Positions 60,362-64,000 of a stretch of 64,000 nt of DNA are shown in pieces. A program made the position numbers and the translations under genes. Origin of the DNA: the human T2T-CHM13v2.0 reference genome, Homo sapiens; assembly GCF_009914755.1 (NCBI RefSeq), contig NC_060936.1; one strand, 5' to 3'. The notes below the pieces were generated by a model. That model was not told the DNA's origin. It did no database searches and saw only the letters and a list, made by a program, of their open reading frames with translations. Positions within the stretch are counted from its first letter, which is position 1. Each line of letters opens with the position of its first letter.

Positions 60362-62198
60362 ACCCCAGTGATTCTTAACCATTGGTGTGTCCTACAGTTA
60401 TCTGTAGAGCTTATTGAAAACTCATAGGGTTGTCTATACCCCCGACCTCCTATCAGAGTCTTTGGAATTGGGACCCAGGCATGAGTATTTTGACAAAGTT
60501 CTACAGTTGATTTTGATGTTTACCAGCAGCTGAGAACCATAGTTCTATTCTTTTCTTTGCTTGTTAAGAATTGGAAAAAGGAAGAAAAGTATTCCTAATA
60601 CTAAGAAAGTCTTGTGGACACACTGATTGAGCAGCAGTGCCCTAGACCCCACACAACAGGAGACAACAACAAAATGCTATTAGGTTACAGGTGAACACAT
60701 TATACATTGTGCAATGGACTTTAGCTATGCTGACAGCTACAAGGAACAATTTGATAAACAGTAGACTTGTGTATTTGTGTTGCATGTCTAAGGTGTCATT
60801 ATAATAAGGTGTCATTATCCTTAGGAATGAGAAAACCAAGATAATTCAAGCAAGTTCTCTACAGTCAAACAACTGGAAAATGGCAGAGGGAGAATTTGAA
60901 TGCAGGACTGTCCGATACTAAAGCTCATGTCCTTTTCATATGGCATACGATGGGCCAAGATCAGGTAGATAAATGGCCTTTTAGTAGAGCACAAGCCCAC
61001 AGACTAGTTATCCTAATCTTGTGGTAGTGTAATTGAGAAGCTGTGACTCCTAATTGGTATTTTATAACCTAGGGCGAGTGCAGTAATAAGACGCTGTGTG
61101 TTAGAGCAAGAAAGGTTACCTGGATCTCAGGTGTAGGTTGGGGAGATGTGGCTGGTGAGAAAGCAGTTTTGGTAGGCATATAAGGAGTTTCAAGGAGCAG
61201 CTGCAGGCATGGGCTTCCCAGGACATGTCAGGAGCTCCGTCACAAATAGGCTGACCAGTGCTGCAGTGTGGGGGAACTGCAAGAGACATGAGAAGCTGCC
61301 CACGGAGACTCCCTAACTGATGACCTTCTTGACATAGCTTTTCCAAAAATCATCTCAAACATGTGTCATTTCTTTGTGTTGGGAACATTCGACATCCTCC
61401 TTCTAGCTATTATTGTTAACTGTAGTCATCCTACAGTGATATAGAACATTATAGTCAAAGAAATTTACTTTCATTTAAAAAACAGTGTCATAAATACTTT
61501 GAGATTAACTTTTTGTTTAAGATTAATGATTTGACTATGTGTTGGTTTGGTACAAAGAGCATTAACCTGAAAATCAGGAGACCTGAATTCTAACCCTGAT
61601 TCAATTACCAAGTGGCTGCATGAACTTGTGGAAAATACTTTACTTCCATGAATTGCTTTTGCTTCACTTGTAAAACAAGAGGGTAGAATTGCTGCTTAGA
61701 GAATCCCTAAATTTTCTTTTGGAGTCACAATTTTTAAATTCTTTTATCTGTTTTGTTTACTGCTATACCTCCAGCATCTAGAACCATGCCTGGAACCCTG
61801 GAACAGAGCAGGTGCATAATATATACTTGTAGAATGAAGGAATTAAAGCATATCTGAGACAGAATTGGAGTTGGAATCCAAGCCTCTCTGATTTCAAAAT
61901 CCATGCTCTTTGCATGATTATCCTACTGGTTGTTTAATTAACTAAAGACATTTGGATCAGAATTCCCAAGACTCTGGAAACCACAATTCTGGCCAGTTAA
62001 TCTAAAGTCATTATGCCTTTTCTAAACTTCATATGGCTTGCCCAATTCAATCCCTGACAAAGTGTGTTTGTCAGCCTTAAGTAATAATGAATCTCTGTTA
62101 ATAGCATATGAAGAGGAACTGGGTAGTGGGCAGGAGGTTAGTACCACCTGGTAAACCACTAATACAAATGGATATGTGTAAAAAAGGAAATACTTGTA

Positions 62199-62675
62199 GG
62201 ATGGAGAAGTGGTACAGAGAGGAGTATAATTTACTTTATGGCAAGTGGAAGGGTCAGACAAGCCTTCAGAGGTGTGGTAAGGCCTGGAAAGGATCCTGAG
62301 ATGGTACACATTCCTCCCCATGTGTCTAAAATGGGGAGACAGAACACACAAGGGATCCACCTAGACTAAGTTAGAACCTGCATTTCAGGCAGAATTAGGC
62401 AGAGCTAAAATTCCTAGTTCCTAGTCACCCATGAAACCACTAGATATTCCCTTATGTTAGGAGCTTTATTTCAATGCATTCATTAAAAATACTTTAAGCT
62501 TAATTATTGCAGCCTTTTACTTATGTGTAAGTAAAGTATTATGTGTATTTGGGTATTAAAAGTCACTGTTCTCTTTCTTGGGAATTATATGTTTTCATAA
62601 ATCATTTTTTGGTGTTGTCCTCCTAGTATGCTAAAGGAGACCTTGATTGTAAAAGGTTAAATTGAAGATGAAGTA
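62199..62675 (+). repeat. Diverged direct repeat, copy 2 (partner 56310-56762)
   Basis: Same collinear blocks at an offset of about 5.9 kb. Confidence 0.8.
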
Positions 62676-64000
62676 GAATAAACCATCTAGGGTTTCTGCT
62701 GTGTAAACTTGGTGTAAGTGTTGAGTCAGCTGCCTTTACTGTTGAGTGGAATCTGCAGAGCCTGTTGCTCTGTAGCCTGAATTTGTTCCCAGTGTCTCTG
62801 GTTCCCTATTGGTTTATGGCCAATGACTAATGCTTTACCCACGAGTCATTAAACCCATTCTGCACTTTTCTGGTTCCCTAATCTTCTTGGAATTCATCCT
62901 TGTGTCCAGTGGTCCAATGCTCTAACTTGGTATTTGGATGACTGAGTGAACAGAAATGGCAATAAAAATGTATATGTGATATAACAGTTCAAAATGCAAT
63001 TCCCTTTAGAGAAGTCTTATGAGCAAATAAAATTCCTCCCAAATCATTTCAAATCATTGGAAGTATTTGAAGCTTTTCAGTTTCCTTTGCACCTTCATGA
63101 GAGGTCAACACATACAGCAAGGGTATCTGCTAGCTCTGCACACACTTACTTTGCCAAAAAATTCAGACTTCCCGGGGCAACTCTACTTTTTAAGGCTCCT
63201 GATTAACTGCACTGATGTAAGAAGGCAGAAGCGTGGATAATCTAATATAGATAGCAGCTGATGAATATGCATGTATTTGATGTTCTAGAAAACTACTTTA
63301 AAAGAACAATGAAATACCACTGATGGCTAAACTTAGGATGAGACGAAAAGATGTCCACCTCCTGGACTACTACTCAATTCTCTGAAATCCATGTCACTCT
63401 AAGAGCTGCTATTTTCACAGAAAAGAGCTAGGAATGGTCCAGTAACTATGCCAGCAATGTGGCAGACTAAGTGGGAGAGAAATGGCGTAGAGTGGGGAAG
63501 AAAGTGGGTATAAATAAGGCATGGGAATGTTCAGCTCACAGGGGTGGGTGAGGAGTTGGGGAAGGGGGTATAGATTTAGCTGCTTGTGTTGACTGACATT
63601 TAGCTTTACCCATCCCAACACAAGATCCAAAGGCTAAAGCCTGGCAGGAAGGCCACCTCAAACTCAAGTAACTGATAAGTATCCCACAGGGAGGTGGAGC
63701 ACAGAGAAGGAGGACCTGTCAGATGTGGTGTTTGGGAGTTGAGGCAGGCAATGTCCAATCATTCTCTTGTAGATGGACGATGTAGACAGGGGGCTAATCT
63801 GTATGGCTAGGGCTGACAATGACTAGGGTAGAGCGAGACAGTAGTAAGTCAGATAAGAGAGTCCAAATTGTCTACAAGTAAAAGTGCTTGATGCCGATAT
63901 TGGGAACCTGAATGTGAAACCAGAGGAATCATAGCACCAAATATATGGAAGCAAGAAACCATGGGTCCAGACAGGAGGCTGACCCTGGTGTGTCCCTGAG

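Overview
Primate (almost certainly human) repeat-rich DNA with no recognisable host protein-coding exons. The main feature is a full-length type 2 HERV-K(HML-2) provirus on the minus strand (25265-34721, 9457 bp). It has two 968-bp LTR5_Hs LTRs differing at 4 sites and a 6-bp TSD (TACCAA), and it is inserted into an old L2 fossil. Gag (666 aa), Pro, Env (698 aa) and spliced Rec (104 aa) are open. Pol is broken by three clustered deletions (1+10+1 nt) that sum to 12 nt. The length and Env sequence match my recollection of the 12q14.1 locus (ERVK-21); I could not verify this by search. Most notable: a CpG transition found only in the 5' LTR turns ACG into ATG at 33878-33880. This opens a stop-free 90-codon extension in frame with gag that begins with a signal-peptide-like segment, a glyco-Gag-like arrangement, and it adds an 80-codon uORF to the env/rec spliced mRNAs. 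The flanks hold Tigger1, Tigger2, a complete THE1, solo LTRs (MER4, MER41A, MER57, MER67, MST, THE1), Alus, L1/L2/MIR remnants, MADE1, MER58A and MER53. They also contain a template-switch-type quasi-palindrome (~17.95-18.32 kb) and an old ~450-bp local duplication (56.3 kb and 62.2 kb). Subfamily names and consensus comparisons are from memory.
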